Shown in pieces: positions 20,208 through 30,631 of a stretch of 64,000 bases of DNA. Positions within the stretch are counted from its first letter, which is position 1; each line of letters opens with the position of its first letter. A model generated the notes under the pieces. That model did not search any database, was not told where the DNA came from, and saw only the letters and a program-made list of their open reading frames with translations. Origin of the DNA: Dendronalium phyllosphericum CENA369. GTDB taxonomy: Bacteria > Cyanobacteriota > Cyanobacteriia > Cyanobacteriales > Nostocaceae. The stretch covers positions 1 to 64,000 of the forward strand of contig NZ_JAECZA010000008.1 in the NCBI RefSeq assembly GCF_016056275.1. Direction: 5' to 3'. A program made the translations under genes and the position numbers.

Positions 20208-20744
20208 TCATTTTATAAATGCTTTCTTAAAAATTCTATACTCTACTAAATATAATATTTTCCCGCTTAAATTTATCTGTTCGTATTCTCGATAAATTTG
20301 TCCGCCAAGCCTTTCTGGGATTTTGCGACTGCGGATATTTGCTCGATCTACAGGATAGATAAGATACTCGTAATCTAAGTTACTCTCAGCCCATTCTTTG
20401 AGGGCAGTAATAGTCTCTAACCCATAACCATTACCGTGTGCCGATTTTTTTAGCCAAATACCTAGTTCTGGATGTTTACTATTAAGCTTATGTATACCAC
20501 TACACCCCAAAAACTCTTGAGAATCTTTATCTAAGATTGCTACCACCAGTTCGTCGCCATTTTGCATATTTGATAGAGATGCACTAAGAAATAATTCCGT
20601 TTCGGAAATATTTTGAGGTGAGCGTGGATGCATGTAAGTAGTAATTTCCTCCGTAAATTCTCTAAAAATCACTTCTTTGTATGCCAGTGAAATAGACTGC
20701 AATAATAAGCGTTTCGTGGATATGGTTAAATTTAAGAGTTTCAT
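20208..20744 (-). CDS. GNAT-family N-acetyltransferase (RimJ/RimL-like)
   Basis: N-terminal TKRLLLQSISL; acetyl-CoA binding motif region ...AHGNGYGLETITALKEWAE. Confidence 0.8.
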   Translation of the reverse strand: MKLLNLTISTKRLLLQSISLAYKEVIFREFTEEITTYMHPRSPQNISETELFLSASLSNMQNGDELVVAILDKDSQEFLGCSGIHKLNSKHPELGIWLKKSAHGNGYGLETITALKEWAESNLDYEYLIYPVDRANIRSRKIPERLGGQIYREYEQINLSGKILYLVEYRIFKKAFIK

Positions 20745-21023
20745 AACGCTTTTTCAGCAATGTATTTTGTAAAACTTAGATTTTAAGTTAAATTGCGGCG
20801 ATTTGGAACACTTGAATTTTTACATCAAAGCTTTTTCTGTATTGGCTGCAACCCAATCTAATGAAAATTCATCAAATCTTCAGAAATAAAAATCTTACTA
20901 GTCTTATGAAAGAGCTAAAGTTTTGTTAAGATGCTAATGCTAGGAGATTCTTCACGGGAATTATTCACTCAGCGTGTGAAGAAACAAAAAGTACTAGCAG
21001 CATAGAGTTAAAAAGGTGAAGCA

Positions 21024-21161
21024 ATGACCACCTACATTTTCTTTGACGATGCCCTCCGGATGCTTACCAACGCCTTCTTGTTATCAGCAGTGCTGCTAAT
21101 GGCATTTTCTGGTATAGGTTTGGCAGTCATCGAAACGATTGAAAAGACAGGAGAACGCTAA
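21024..21161 (+). CDS. Candidate 45-aa single-TM small protein (not in ORF track, below its length cutoff)
   Basis: MTTYIFFDDALRMLTNAFLLSAVLLMAFSGIGLAVIETIEKTGER, preceded by aaaaggtgaag (RBS-like) 5 nt upstream. Speculative. Confidence 0.25.
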   Translation: MTTYIFFDDALRMLTNAFLLSAVLLMAFSGIGLAVIETIEKTGER

Positions 21162-21336
21162 ATTAAGCCCTGGTGGTGTGCTTTTTGCCTTAAGCATGGA
21201 GTGCAAGTGTTCGCTGCGAAGCAATCCTGTGAACACTAAACCAACAAAGTCTCACAGCGTTGCAGTATTACCTGAAGTAAAGAAACGTCAAGGGAACTGT
21301 ACCGCTAATGAGACTCAAATCCAGGAGCCAACTACA

Positions 21337-21735
21337 ATGGGTTTATTTGATACAGTATTGGGCAAGCAAAAACCAGCCCAAGAATTATTCAGTCCAGCAG
21401 AAGCTTTGCCGCTATTACCTTGGCAGCTATAGCCTCAGATGGATATCTTGCAGATGAAGAAGCGCGGGGAATCTCTGCTGCGCTATCTCGAATGAAGCTT
21501 TTTAGAAGTTATTCTAATGATGTAATGGGTAGGCTGTACTTTGTTTAATGCAGCCAAAGAATCTCTACCCCACGACTTGCGAGAAATAGCTTTTGCAGTA
21601 GCTACAGACTTAGTGTTAGCCGATGGTACTGTAACAGAAGAAGAACAAAACTTTTTAAACGACCTGTACCAGGCTTTGGGTATTTCCAGTGAGATAGCAC
21701 TACAAATCGTGCAAGTGATGTCAATCAAAAACTAG
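21337..21735 (+). pseudogene. TerB-like (tellurite-resistance TerB-domain) protein disrupted by two frameshifts
   Basis: Three consecutive frames read MGLFDTVLGKQKPAQELFSPAEA | LAAIASDGYLADEEARGISAALSRMKLFRSYSNDVMGRLYF | NAAKESLPHDLREIAFAVATDLVLADGTVTEEEQNFLNDLYQALGIS. Together they reconstruct a typical ~135-aa cyanobacterial TerB-like protein. The shifts are near 21405 (T-run) and 21538 (T-run). Confidence 0.5.
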
Positions 21736-21893
21736 GGGTAGGGTTATAGTAGAGAACAAATTTTCAGCATAATTCAGCTATATGTATTATAGAAACTAAG
21801 TGTGCCAAAGAAGCTCAACTTCTTTGGCAATACTTTTAGGATAATTGCGATCGCAATCGCACCCCAATCTGTAAAATATCAACCCTAGGATAG

Positions 21894-21914
21894 CTGGGGA
21901 CTGGGGACTGGGTG
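21894..21914. repeat. STRR-like heptamer array (ACTGGGG units; reverse complement CCCCAGT)
   Basis: ctggggactggggactgggtg. Confidence 0.6.
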
Positions 21915-22039
21915 AAAAGTCTTTTTGTGCTAGGCTCGATCGTTTGTTGATGTCCTAACACTACTGGCTACGGCTATACTTGATATTTTCTGACAAGAAT
22001 TAGTCGGATTACCTGTACTAACACCAGAAAATCTATAAT

Positions 22040-23419
22040 TTGACTTTACAAATATCAACTTTTATGAATTGGTCTGCTACCCTATCTCAACTAATTGAAG
22101 TTCTTTTAGCTCAACCTGTAAACTTATCTGAAGCTGCGTTAGCACAAGTAACTAGTGGGATACAAACAGATAGCCGGATATTAAAGCCAGGTGAAGTATT
22201 TTTAGCTTTACGGGGTGAAAAATTTGATGGACACGAGTTTGTTCCCGCAGCGTTCGCCAAAGGTGCTTTAGCTGCCATCGTTGATTATGATTACAACAAT
22301 CCCGGATTGCCTGCATTACAGGTCAAAAATACCTTAGAGGCATATCAAAAAATCGGCAGATGGTGGCGCGATCGCTTTGATATTCCCGTGATTGGGATAA
22401 CGGGTTCCGTGGGGAAAACCACAACCAAGGAACTGATCGCCGCTGTCTTAGCAACTCATGGGCGAGTTCACAAAACTTATGGCAATTTCAATAACGAAAT
22501 TGGTGTCCCGAAAACCCTCCTAGAACTCAATGCCGAACATGACTACGCTGTAATCGAAATGGCGATGCGGGGAAAGGGACAAATTGCCGAACTAACGCAA
22601 ATAGCGCGTCCTACCATTGGAGTAATTACCAATGTGGGAACGGCACATATTGAGTTATTGGGTTCTGAAGCAGCGATCGCAGAGGCTAAATGCGAATTAT
22701 TGGCAGAAATGCCCAAGGATAGTGTAGCTATTCTCAACCATGACAATTCTCTGTTAATGGCCACGGCAAAGAAAGTTTGGTCAGGAAAAGTTTTGACTTA
22801 TGGTTTGTCTGGTGGCGATATCCAAGGAAAATTGATTGATAACGAAACTGTTGACGTAGGCGGAATGCAGCTACCTTTACCCCTACCAGGTCGGCACAAC
22901 GCTACGAATTTCTTAGCAGCTTTAGCTGTGGCAAAGGTGCTGGAAATTGATTGGTCAACCCTCAAAAGCGGTGTGACTGTGAATATGCCTACAGGTCGAT
23001 CGCAGCAGTTTGCCTTACCTAATGATGTATTAATCTTAGATGAGACGTATAATGCTGCACCAGAAGCAATGCTAGCGGCGTTACAGTTATTGGCAGACAC
23101 GCCCGGAAAGCGTAAAATTGCCGTGTTAGGTGCAATGAAAGAATTGGGAGAGCGATCGCAGCAGTTGCACCAAAAAGTTGGCGAAACAGTGCGAAACTTG
23201 CAATTAGACGGTTTGTTGGTATTAGTAGACGGACAAGATGCCGAAGCGATCGCGCTGAGTGCTGAAGGAATTCCTTCTGAATGCTTTACCACTCATGCCG
23301 ATTTGGTTGCCAGATTAAAGACATTTGTTCGAGAGGGCGATCGCTTATTGTTCAAGGCAGCTCATTCAGTCGGATTAGATCGCGTTGTCAATCAGTTTCG
23401 AGCAGAATTTTCCAGTTAA
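22040..23419 (+). CDS. murF: UDP-N-acetylmuramoyl-tripeptide--D-alanyl-D-alanine ligase
   Basis: Mur ligase P-loop GITGSVGKTTTKE. N-terminal MurF-type domain and C-terminal Mur ligase domain. Confidence 0.9.
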   Translation: MTLQISTFMNWSATLSQLIEVLLAQPVNLSEAALAQVTSGIQTDSRILKPGEVFLALRGEKFDGHEFVPAAFAKGALAAIVDYDYNNPGLPALQVKNTLEAYQKIGRWWRDRFDIPVIGITGSVGKTTTKELIAAVLATHGRVHKTYGNFNNEIGVPKTLLELNAEHDYAVIEMAMRGKGQIAELTQIARPTIGVITNVGTAHIELLGSEAAIAEAKCELLAEMPKDSVAILNHDNSLLMATAKKVWSGKVLTYGLSGGDIQGKLIDNETVDVGGMQLPLPLPGRHNATNFLAALAVAKVLEIDWSTLKSGVTVNMPTGRSQQFALPNDVLILDETYNAAPEAMLAALQLLADTPGKRKIAVLGAMKELGERSQQLHQKVGETVRNLQLDGLLVLVDGQDAEAIALSAEGIPSECFTTHADLVARLKTFVREGDRLLFKAAHSVGLDRVVNQFRAEFSS

Positions 23420-23424
23420 GAAAA

Positions 23425-23565
23425 GCCTTGGCGACTAGAAGTCGCGGCTACACAGACAAAACCCATTTGCGTGGGTTTCCTTGATTTTGTATTAGTCCGC
23501 CTCCGCGGACTTTGCTTGTGTAGTAGCGACTTCTAGCCGCCCAAAACTTTTAAAACTCTGCCTAT
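23425..23565. repeat. ~90-bp dispersed repeat with internal imperfect inverted repeat (MITE-like); second copy at 49075-49165
   Basis: ggcgactagaagtcgcggctacaca ... tgtgtagtagcgacttctagccgcc are inverted arms. ttgtgtagtagcga and gcccaaaacttttaaaac are shared with 49120-49165. ccgcctccgcggact parallels 49077 ccacctccgtggact. Confidence 0.6.
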
Positions 23566-23646
23566 TTGTATCAGACTATTAAATGTACGTAGATTGGTTG
23601 CACTTGGGTGGTTATATTAACTAATTAGTTTTAATCCTCAGAACTA

Positions 23647-25959
23647 ATGAAAGCTCCTTGGCAATCTTTATACCCAGTTACATACCCGCAATACACTATT
23701 GCTTGTAACGGTTGGGCGCTGAAGCGGCTGTTGAGACTGCTAACTGAACCGCTGAAAAAGCTGAGTCGTTGGAAATTGATTTCACTTGGTAATATTTCGA
23801 CATCTGTACCCAGTCAAAGCTTTCAATTAGGAGAATTTACAATAGATTGGCAAGGTAGCGATACAAAACAGCCTTGTTTAAAGATTGTCCATCAAAGTAA
23901 CCAAGCAAAAGTGATATGGCAGACATCCCCAGGTCAGAGTTTTATCAGTGGAGGTGATGTCAGCCTCACTATTACTGAGGAACGAGGTTCTATAGAAATT
24001 GACGAACAAAAACAAGCAGAGTTTAGCGATCAAATTGTTGACGCAATTAAGCAAGAAGGCGATACTTTGCTGATTCATGGTCGTCTCCAAAATCGCCAAA
24101 ATACTAGTGACGAACCCCAATATGTCTTAACATTGCGAACTATTGGGTTAAAAGAACTTGATTTTCAACTACAAATTGGCGATGGAAATGTCAATGAGAC
24201 GCAGTTGCAATTCATCACCTCCCCAGACGAACACTTTTACGGTTTTGGAGAGCAATTTTCTCAAATCGACTGCAAAGGACAATGGATACCAATCATTTGC
24301 GAGGAGGGAGGAATTGGTCGTGGCGATCGCGGCCCCAAAACCTTGAATCTTTTAGGTGTTGCTGGTAATAGATTTTCCAGTTATGCCCCTATCCCCTATT
24401 TTGTAACCAACAAGGGGCGATCGATATTTTTGAATAACACCGAACCCTCAATTTTCAACTTGCGCGATCCGCAAATTGCAACTATCCGAGTTTCATCTAG
24501 TTGTATGCAAGGGCGAATTCTTTGCGGTGAGACACCCCTAGATATTATTGAACTTTACACCAACCATGTAGGACGGATGTCACCGCTTCCCGATTGGTTG
24601 AATAATGGGGCAGTGGTAGGTATGCAAGGAGGTACGCAGCTAGTTAGGCAAGTGTGGTCGCAGTTGCGCGAACTCGACACCCCCATTGCCGGATTTTGGT
24701 CGCAAGATTGGGTCGGTCAACGCCGCACAATCGCGGGAAAACAATTGTGGTGGAACTGGCAACTCGATGAAACTGTTTATCCAGGTTGGCAGCAGTTGGT
24801 AAGTGACTTAGCACAAGCAAAAATTGCGGTTGGAGTATATGTCAATCCCTTTCTAGTCGATCGCCCGCACAAATCCAACCTGCAACAGCGTAATCTCTAT
24901 ACAGAAGCCTTACAACAAGGCTTTGTCGTCAAGAAAAATCAAGGCGAACCGTATCTCATCGAAAGTACCGACTTTTCGGCAGCTTTGCTCGATTTAACTA
25001 ATCCAGATGCTCGTAAATGGTTTAAAAATGTCCTTAAAGAAGAAGTGCTAGGCAAAGGCGCGAAATTTTGGATGGCTGACTTTGCCGAAGCAGCACCCTT
25101 TGAGGGAATTTATGCTAGCGATGAATCTGGGCTACTTTATCACAACCAATATCCCGTTGATTGGGTAAGTCTAAACCGAGAAGCGATTCAAGAAGCAGGT
25201 AAAGAAGGCGACGCTTGGTTTTTCAATCGAGCTGGATTTTTGAAAACTCCATCTCACAGCACATGTATGTGGTTAGGAGACCAGAACACTACTTGGGGTA
25301 AGAACGATGGCATAGTGAGTGCTGTCAAAGGTGCGATCGCTGGTGGTTTTTCTGGATTGAGTATCAACCACAGCGATATTGGTGGCTATACAAGTATTGC
25401 TAACCCGATTCTGGAAGCTATCGGCGTGGGATTTAGGCGATCGCGGGAATTACTTTATCGCTGGATGGAACTGAACGCTTTCACTCCCGTATTCCGCACC
25501 CACGAAGGCAATCAGCCAGATAAAAACGTTCAATTTTATACAGATAAAGATACCCTGGCAACTTTCAGTTATTGGGCGAAAGTTTATGCCGCGCTGGCTG
25601 GATATCGCCAACAGTTAATGGCAGAAGCAGCAAAAAAAGGATATCCCATGCTTCGCCACCTGATTTTGCATTATCCTGACGATCCGAATGTGTATCAACT
25701 TGAAGAACAGTTTCTCTTAGGGAGCGAGTTCTTAGTAGCACCAGTGCTGAAGCCAGGGAAAAAGAAGGTCAACGTATATTTTCCGGCTGGCGAGTGGGTT
25801 CACTTGTGGAGTGGCAAGACATATAGCATGACAATAGGTATACGGCAAAAAGTACCCGCTCCCCTCGGACAACCTGCTGTATTTTATCGCCAAGGGTCTC
25901 AAGCAGCTGAATCAGTTGTGGAGACTCTGAAGGTAAAAAATTTACTTAACACGCCATAG
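23647..25959 (+). CDS. Glycoside hydrolase family 31 (alpha-glucosidase/alpha-xylosidase-like)
   Basis: GH31 acid/base motif MWLGDQNTTW and nucleophile-region KFWMADFAE. 770 aa. Confidence 0.8.
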   Translation: MKAPWQSLYPVTYPQYTIACNGWALKRLLRLLTEPLKKLSRWKLISLGNISTSVPSQSFQLGEFTIDWQGSDTKQPCLKIVHQSNQAKVIWQTSPGQSFISGGDVSLTITEERGSIEIDEQKQAEFSDQIVDAIKQEGDTLLIHGRLQNRQNTSDEPQYVLTLRTIGLKELDFQLQIGDGNVNETQLQFITSPDEHFYGFGEQFSQIDCKGQWIPIICEEGGIGRGDRGPKTLNLLGVAGNRFSSYAPIPYFVTNKGRSIFLNNTEPSIFNLRDPQIATIRVSSSCMQGRILCGETPLDIIELYTNHVGRMSPLPDWLNNGAVVGMQGGTQLVRQVWSQLRELDTPIAGFWSQDWVGQRRTIAGKQLWWNWQLDETVYPGWQQLVSDLAQAKIAVGVYVNPFLVDRPHKSNLQQRNLYTEALQQGFVVKKNQGEPYLIESTDFSAALLDLTNPDARKWFKNVLKEEVLGKGAKFWMADFAEAAPFEGIYASDESGLLYHNQYPVDWVSLNREAIQEAGKEGDAWFFNRAGFLKTPSHSTCMWLGDQNTTWGKNDGIVSAVKGAIAGGFSGLSINHSDIGGYTSIANPILEAIGVGFRRSRELLYRWMELNAFTPVFRTHEGNQPDKNVQFYTDKDTLATFSYWAKVYAALAGYRQQLMAEAAKKGYPMLRHLILHYPDDPNVYQLEEQFLLGSEFLVAPVLKPGKKKVNVYFPAGEWVHLWSGKTYSMTIGIRQKVPAPLGQPAVFYRQGSQAAESVVETLKVKNLLNTP

Positions 25960-26539
25960 GAGGCAGGGGAGCAAAGCTTTCAACGGTAGGGAATTAAAAA
26001 TCAGGCACTAGAGAGGGTGATTTGAAAGACATTCATTTGTGGAGTTAAGGTTGGCCAAGGTTCAGGGAAAAAACTACCTTGGGGTAATGGAAGATGTTTG
26101 AGAACAGCAGCCTTAATCACTAAAAACCCACGACGAAAACAACTCAAACAACGATGGAGGATACTATTTTTCAAGTTGCGTCGTGCAACATGAGTTTGTG
26201 GGAGTTCATCTAAACTACTGATAGGCAAATTAGCATCAACTTCCCCTCCAACACGCGCGATCGCCTATTGCCTGATTCATCCCCACCACATAATTAATGT
26301 ATTGATGAATTGCACCCTTTGGGACAGTGTTGATAGCTCAAAGCTTTGAAGTAACTAACCTGAGTTCGGGTTAAACATAAGAAGGTAAAAGCCATGCAAC
26401 AAGAAGTTCAAATTCCTCATCCGTCAATTTGAGATTAGGAGGTAATTGTCAAGTTACAGTCATAATTAATTCCGCTCCACTAAAATGTGGCGTAGCTCCC
26501 CACCCCTACACCATCTTGATTATTTAGAGGTCTAATTGA

Positions 26540-27859
26540 CTACAAAAAAGTCAAAGCTTGTCCGCGCACATCTGTATTTAACTGGCCTTTGTTATAAACA
26601 ATCTCACCACCAACAATGGTAGTTACAGCCCATCCTGTAAGGTTCCAACCTTCAAAAGGACTCCAACCGCACTTTGTTAACAACTCCTCGCGCCGAACTG
26701 GACGGTAAGTATTCAAATCTACCAGTACTAAATCAGCATCGTAACCAGGAGCGATCGCACCTTTATTGGGAATACCGTAAGCTTTAGCTACAGATGTTGA
26801 CATCCAGTTGACAACTTGGGCAACAGTACACTGTCCTTGGTCAGCCGCAGTTAACATTAAAGCTAGAGAAGTTTCCACTCCAGGCATCCCAGAGGGAGTA
26901 TTGGGATATTCTTGAGCTTTTTCTGCCAAAGTATGCGGTGCGTGGTCTGTGGCAATGAAATCAATTACGCCATCTCGCAAAGCTTGCCAAAGAACTTGAT
27001 TATCGTGGGGCGATCGCAAAGGCGGATTCATTTGTGCTAAAGTACCAATCTTTTCGTAAGCACTGGTATTCAATAACAAATGCTGTGGTGTCACTTCTGC
27101 TGTCACCCAACTCGGTTTATTTTGACGCAGCAACTCTGCTTCTTCGGCTGTGGACATGTGCAGAATATGCAGCCGACGTTGGTATTTTTGAGAAAGTTTT
27201 AATGCTAGTTTCGTTGCCAAAAGGGCAGCTTGATTATCTTGAATCTGGGAGTGAACTGCCGGATCGTGAATGCCGGCAAATTCTTGACGGCGTTGGTTAA
27301 TTCTAGCTTGATCTTCGGCATGAACGGCAATTAAGCGATTGCCACGAGCAAAAATAGCTTCGAGTGTTGCTTCTCCATCGACTAGCAACTGACCGTGCAT
27401 CGACCCCATAAAAATTTTAATTCCTGGTGTCGGCTGTGCTGAGAGCAAATCTGGTAGATTCTCGGCAGTTGCGCCAATAAAAAAGCCATAATTAACCAAG
27501 CATTTATTAGAGGCACGTTGTAACTTGTCGTCTAAAGCTTCTTGGTTAGTAGTTAAAGGGCGGGTGTTGGGCATTTCCAGAAAGGAAGTGACTCCACCTT
27601 TAGCACAGGCACAACTGGCAGTAAATAAGTCCTCCTTGTGTTCTAGTCCTGGTTCCCGGAAATGCACCTGCGGGTCAATAACTCCTGGCAACAAAGTTAA
27701 CCCTTGTGCGTCAATTTCTGTGGTTGCCGTTGCAGTGGAGATTATCGGTGCAACTTCAACTATTTGGCGATCGGATATCAGCACATCGCCTACCATCAAT
27801 TCACCGTTAGGTAGGATAATGCGAGCGTGGCGAATCAGTAAACTTTGTGAAGACAGCAT
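26540..27859 (-). CDS. pyrC: Dihydroorotase-like cyclic amidohydrolase (class I DHOase/allantoinase type)
   Basis: Metal-binding motif GVIDPQVHFREPG. Carboxylated-Lys region and the FIATDHAPH motif. 439 aa. Confidence 0.75.
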   Translation of the reverse strand: MLSSQSLLIRHARIILPNGELMVGDVLISDRQIVEVAPIISTATATTEIDAQGLTLLPGVIDPQVHFREPGLEHKEDLFTASCACAKGGVTSFLEMPNTRPLTTNQEALDDKLQRASNKCLVNYGFFIGATAENLPDLLSAQPTPGIKIFMGSMHGQLLVDGEATLEAIFARGNRLIAVHAEDQARINQRRQEFAGIHDPAVHSQIQDNQAALLATKLALKLSQKYQRRLHILHMSTAEEAELLRQNKPSWVTAEVTPQHLLLNTSAYEKIGTLAQMNPPLRSPHDNQVLWQALRDGVIDFIATDHAPHTLAEKAQEYPNTPSGMPGVETSLALMLTAADQGQCTVAQVVNWMSTSVAKAYGIPNKGAIAPGYDADLVLVDLNTYRPVRREELLTKCGWSPFEGWNLTGWAVTTIVGGEIVYNKGQLNTDVRGQALTFL

Positions 27860-28101
27860 GGAGTTAACAACGTTTAGACAACAACTATGATTTATGGATA
27901 ACTATGCTTTTAGGTTAAACTTAGTCGCACTTTTCGTAATAAATTTTTGCAGGTCGTGAAAAAAAAGTTTATTTTTAACTTATGAATCTGCATAACAAAA
28001 TACCGACAACCAGCAAATCATCTTCCTGCCGTTAAAATTAACAAGTAAAGTCTCCCTGAGCGAGTTCCATTACCTGCCTTTTTCCTTATTACAGTAATTT
28101 C

Positions 28102-28743
28102 ATGCAAAATCAAGTGTCTGATAACAACTCTAGTCAACAACCCGATAATTCCTGGATCGCAGAGCTAGGCAGAACAGTTGTATTAAGTATTGTTCTAGCT
28201 CTAGGCATTCGTACCTTTGTTGCTGAAGCTCGTTGGATTCCTTCTGGCTCTATGGAACCTACTCTGCACGGAACTCCAAACCAGTGGGAGGCAGATAAAA
28301 TTATTGTTGACAAATTGAAGTATAAGTTTGCTCAACCAGAGCGAGGAGATATTGTAGTCTTTTCGCCTACAGCAGAGTTACAAAAAGAACAATACCAAGA
28401 TGCTTTTATTAAACGTGTAATTGGTTTACCAGGAGAGACGGTAGAACTCAGAAATGGGAAAGTTTATATCAATAAAAAACCTCTCCAAGAAGATAAATAT
28501 CTTAGTTCTCAGCAGCGTACAGTAATTGATGTTTGCACTTCAGGACAGCAGCCGCCTTACTTAGCAAAACCTGAGACTATACCCCCCAATTCATACCTGG
28601 TCTTAGGTGACAACCGTAACAGTAGCTATGATAGTCGTTGCTGGGGTATTGTTCCTCGTGAAAATATTATCGGTCGGGCTGTACTTCGCTTTTGGCCTCT
28701 AAATCACATCGGAGAAATTGACAAGTCGCCACTGTACCCATAG
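28102..28743 (+). CDS. lepB: Signal peptidase I
   Basis: Catalytic Ser motif SGSMEPTL. Box D/E RVIGLPGETVE...GDNRNSSYDSRCWG. Confidence 0.9.
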   Translation: MQNQVSDNNSSQQPDNSWIAELGRTVVLSIVLALGIRTFVAEARWIPSGSMEPTLHGTPNQWEADKIIVDKLKYKFAQPERGDIVVFSPTAELQKEQYQDAFIKRVIGLPGETVELRNGKVYINKKPLQEDKYLSSQQRTVIDVCTSGQQPPYLAKPETIPPNSYLVLGDNRNSSYDSRCWGIVPRENIIGRAVLRFWPLNHIGEIDKSPLYP

Positions 28744-28854
28744 TTTAGTGCTAAGTGCTGAGTTAGGAGTTAGGAGTTAGAAGTTAAGAGCGATTTATTT
28801 TTTCCCTACTCCTTTATCCCCCTTATCCCTCTATTCCCCATATTCTGTCTCGTC

Positions 28855-29673
28855 ATGCCGTACTTAGCTAAAATTTTACTTTACCCGATTAAGTCACTGG
28901 ATGGCGTGGAAGTAGAGCAAGCTAAAGTTCTCGCCAGTGGTGCTTTAGAGTATGACCGCGAGTTTGCCATTATTAACAAACAAGGTAAATTTGTCAATGG
29001 CAAGAGCAACGAGAAAATCCATTTACTACGAGCATTTTACGCAAGCTCTTTTGGGACATCGCAGTTTGGTATTTCAGATAGAACTATCTCGCTGCAAATC
29101 CCAAGCCAAAAATCACAACAAGTTTTTCATCTAGATAAAGAACGCCAAGCATTAGCAGCAACTTTAAGTGATTTTTTTGGGTTTGCTGTCATGTTAGAGC
29201 AAAACTCTTTGATGGGCTTTCCCGACGATCGCAATTCACCAGGGCCAACGGTTATTAGTACAGCATCTCTGATAGAAGTAGCCTCTTGGTTTCCTGGTTC
29301 AAGTGTCGATGAAATCCGCCGTCGGATGCGTGCCAACATTGAAATTGGCGGTGTAGAGCCGTTTTGGGAGGATCGATTATTCAGCGAACAAGGCGATCTT
29401 CTCTCCTTTCAAATCGGAAATGTGTGCTTTTTTGGAGTCAACCCCTGTCAGCGTTGTATAGTTCCAACACGCAATCCTAACTCTGGAGAAGCTTACCCAA
29501 ACTTTCAAAAAATATTTGTGCAAAAGCGGCAAGCAACTTTGCCAAGTTGGGTATCGTCATCCCACTTTAATCACTTTTATCGCTTGAGCGTGAATACGCG
29601 ATTATCTACATCAGAAGCTGGTAAAACTTTGCAAATTGGCGACAAAATAGAAATATTGCCGTCAAAAAGTTAA
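28855..29673 (+). CDS. MOSC-domain protein (MOSC N-terminal beta-barrel + MOSC)
   Basis: N-terminus LLYPIKSLDGVEV. Conserved Cys in CQRCIVPT. Confidence 0.75.
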   Translation: MPYLAKILLYPIKSLDGVEVEQAKVLASGALEYDREFAIINKQGKFVNGKSNEKIHLLRAFYASSFGTSQFGISDRTISLQIPSQKSQQVFHLDKERQALAATLSDFFGFAVMLEQNSLMGFPDDRNSPGPTVISTASLIEVASWFPGSSVDEIRRRMRANIEIGGVEPFWEDRLFSEQGDLLSFQIGNVCFFGVNPCQRCIVPTRNPNSGEAYPNFQKIFVQKRQATLPSWVSSSHFNHFYRLSVNTRLSTSEAGKTLQIGDKIEILPSKS

Positions 29674-30108
29674 TATTTATTAAGATTAAAAACTGAATAG
29701 TAAAAAATAAAAAAAATTATTAATTCTGATTGTTCCCTCTATTGTAGTGACTGGCGATTTACTCAGGTCTACCAAATTTTAAATGCTTATTTCTCTTTCA
29801 TCATTCGTGATGTAACTCATGAATTTTGCATTCTCAAATCAATGACAACTATTCTAGAATCGAATATCTTTGTTAAAGAATATGAATATATCTTGCCTTG
29901 AGTGTATTCATAGACATCGACATGTTGCCACGAGCGGGGTAGCAAATTCAGGTGTTATAACAAAGCTTGAGGAGTAGTTGTGTATAGGTTCTTAAGTATT
30001 AAAATATACCAAAAATATTTTTATGGACAGAAAGTAGTTAAAAAGCTTGCTACTGACTTATACAATGAAATCTGCGATCGCCTTTCTTTAGCACCAGAGC
30101 AACAATAA

Positions 30109-30470
30109 TACTGCATCTTGGTAATTAAGAATGTTGCAAATAATCGTTTATTTTTAGTGAAAATGCTGAGACAACTTGGCTTTGCAGTGCGAGAAGCCGC
30201 AAACGCTCAAGAAGCGATCTTTCAATAAATGATATGGCAGCACATATAATTTTCATCCGCCAGACAATTTTATCAACTGGTTGCGATGATTTAATTCGTA
30301 AACCATTTATACAAGAAATATTACTGAAAACAGTCAGCCAATATCTAGGTGTAAAATATATCAGCAGAGGAGAAACAATTAATACAGCAACTGTCAATCT
30401 AAAAACACAAACAATGGCTAGCAAAGTTGAAATTCTGAGGGATTTATTGCAGATGTCGCCTGATTAGCTC
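30109..30470 (+). pseudogene. Degenerate remnant of a CheY-like receiver domain (internal deletion, DD pair lost, premature stop)
   Basis: Frame 1 reads YCILVIKNVANNRLFLVKMLRQLGFAVREAANAQEAIFQ* (REC N-terminus with DD replaced by KN). About 55 nt later a second frame reads ...CDDLIRKPFIQEILLKTVSQYLG (REC C-terminus, GADDxIRKPF). The central ~60 aa that should include the phospho-Asp are missing. Confidence 0.5.
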
Positions 30471-30631
30471 CAAAAATGAGGTTATGCAGCAGCAAGTTGC
30501 AGTGACGACTGAATTTTAGGGTTAATTCAGCACATTGCGTTAGATAAAAATCAAATTTTCCGATTTTTCAAGGATTTAGCAAATAACTATCAGTTTGAGA
30601 AAATTATGGAACTGACGAGAACAGATGCAGA

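Noticed and set aside
21139-21336. N-terminal part of the 97-aa ORF 21139-21432
   Set aside because: The conserved TerB-like sequence starts at the internal Met (21337, MGLFD). The upstream part is Cys/Lys-rich with no conservation signal and overlaps the small-TM ORF candidate.
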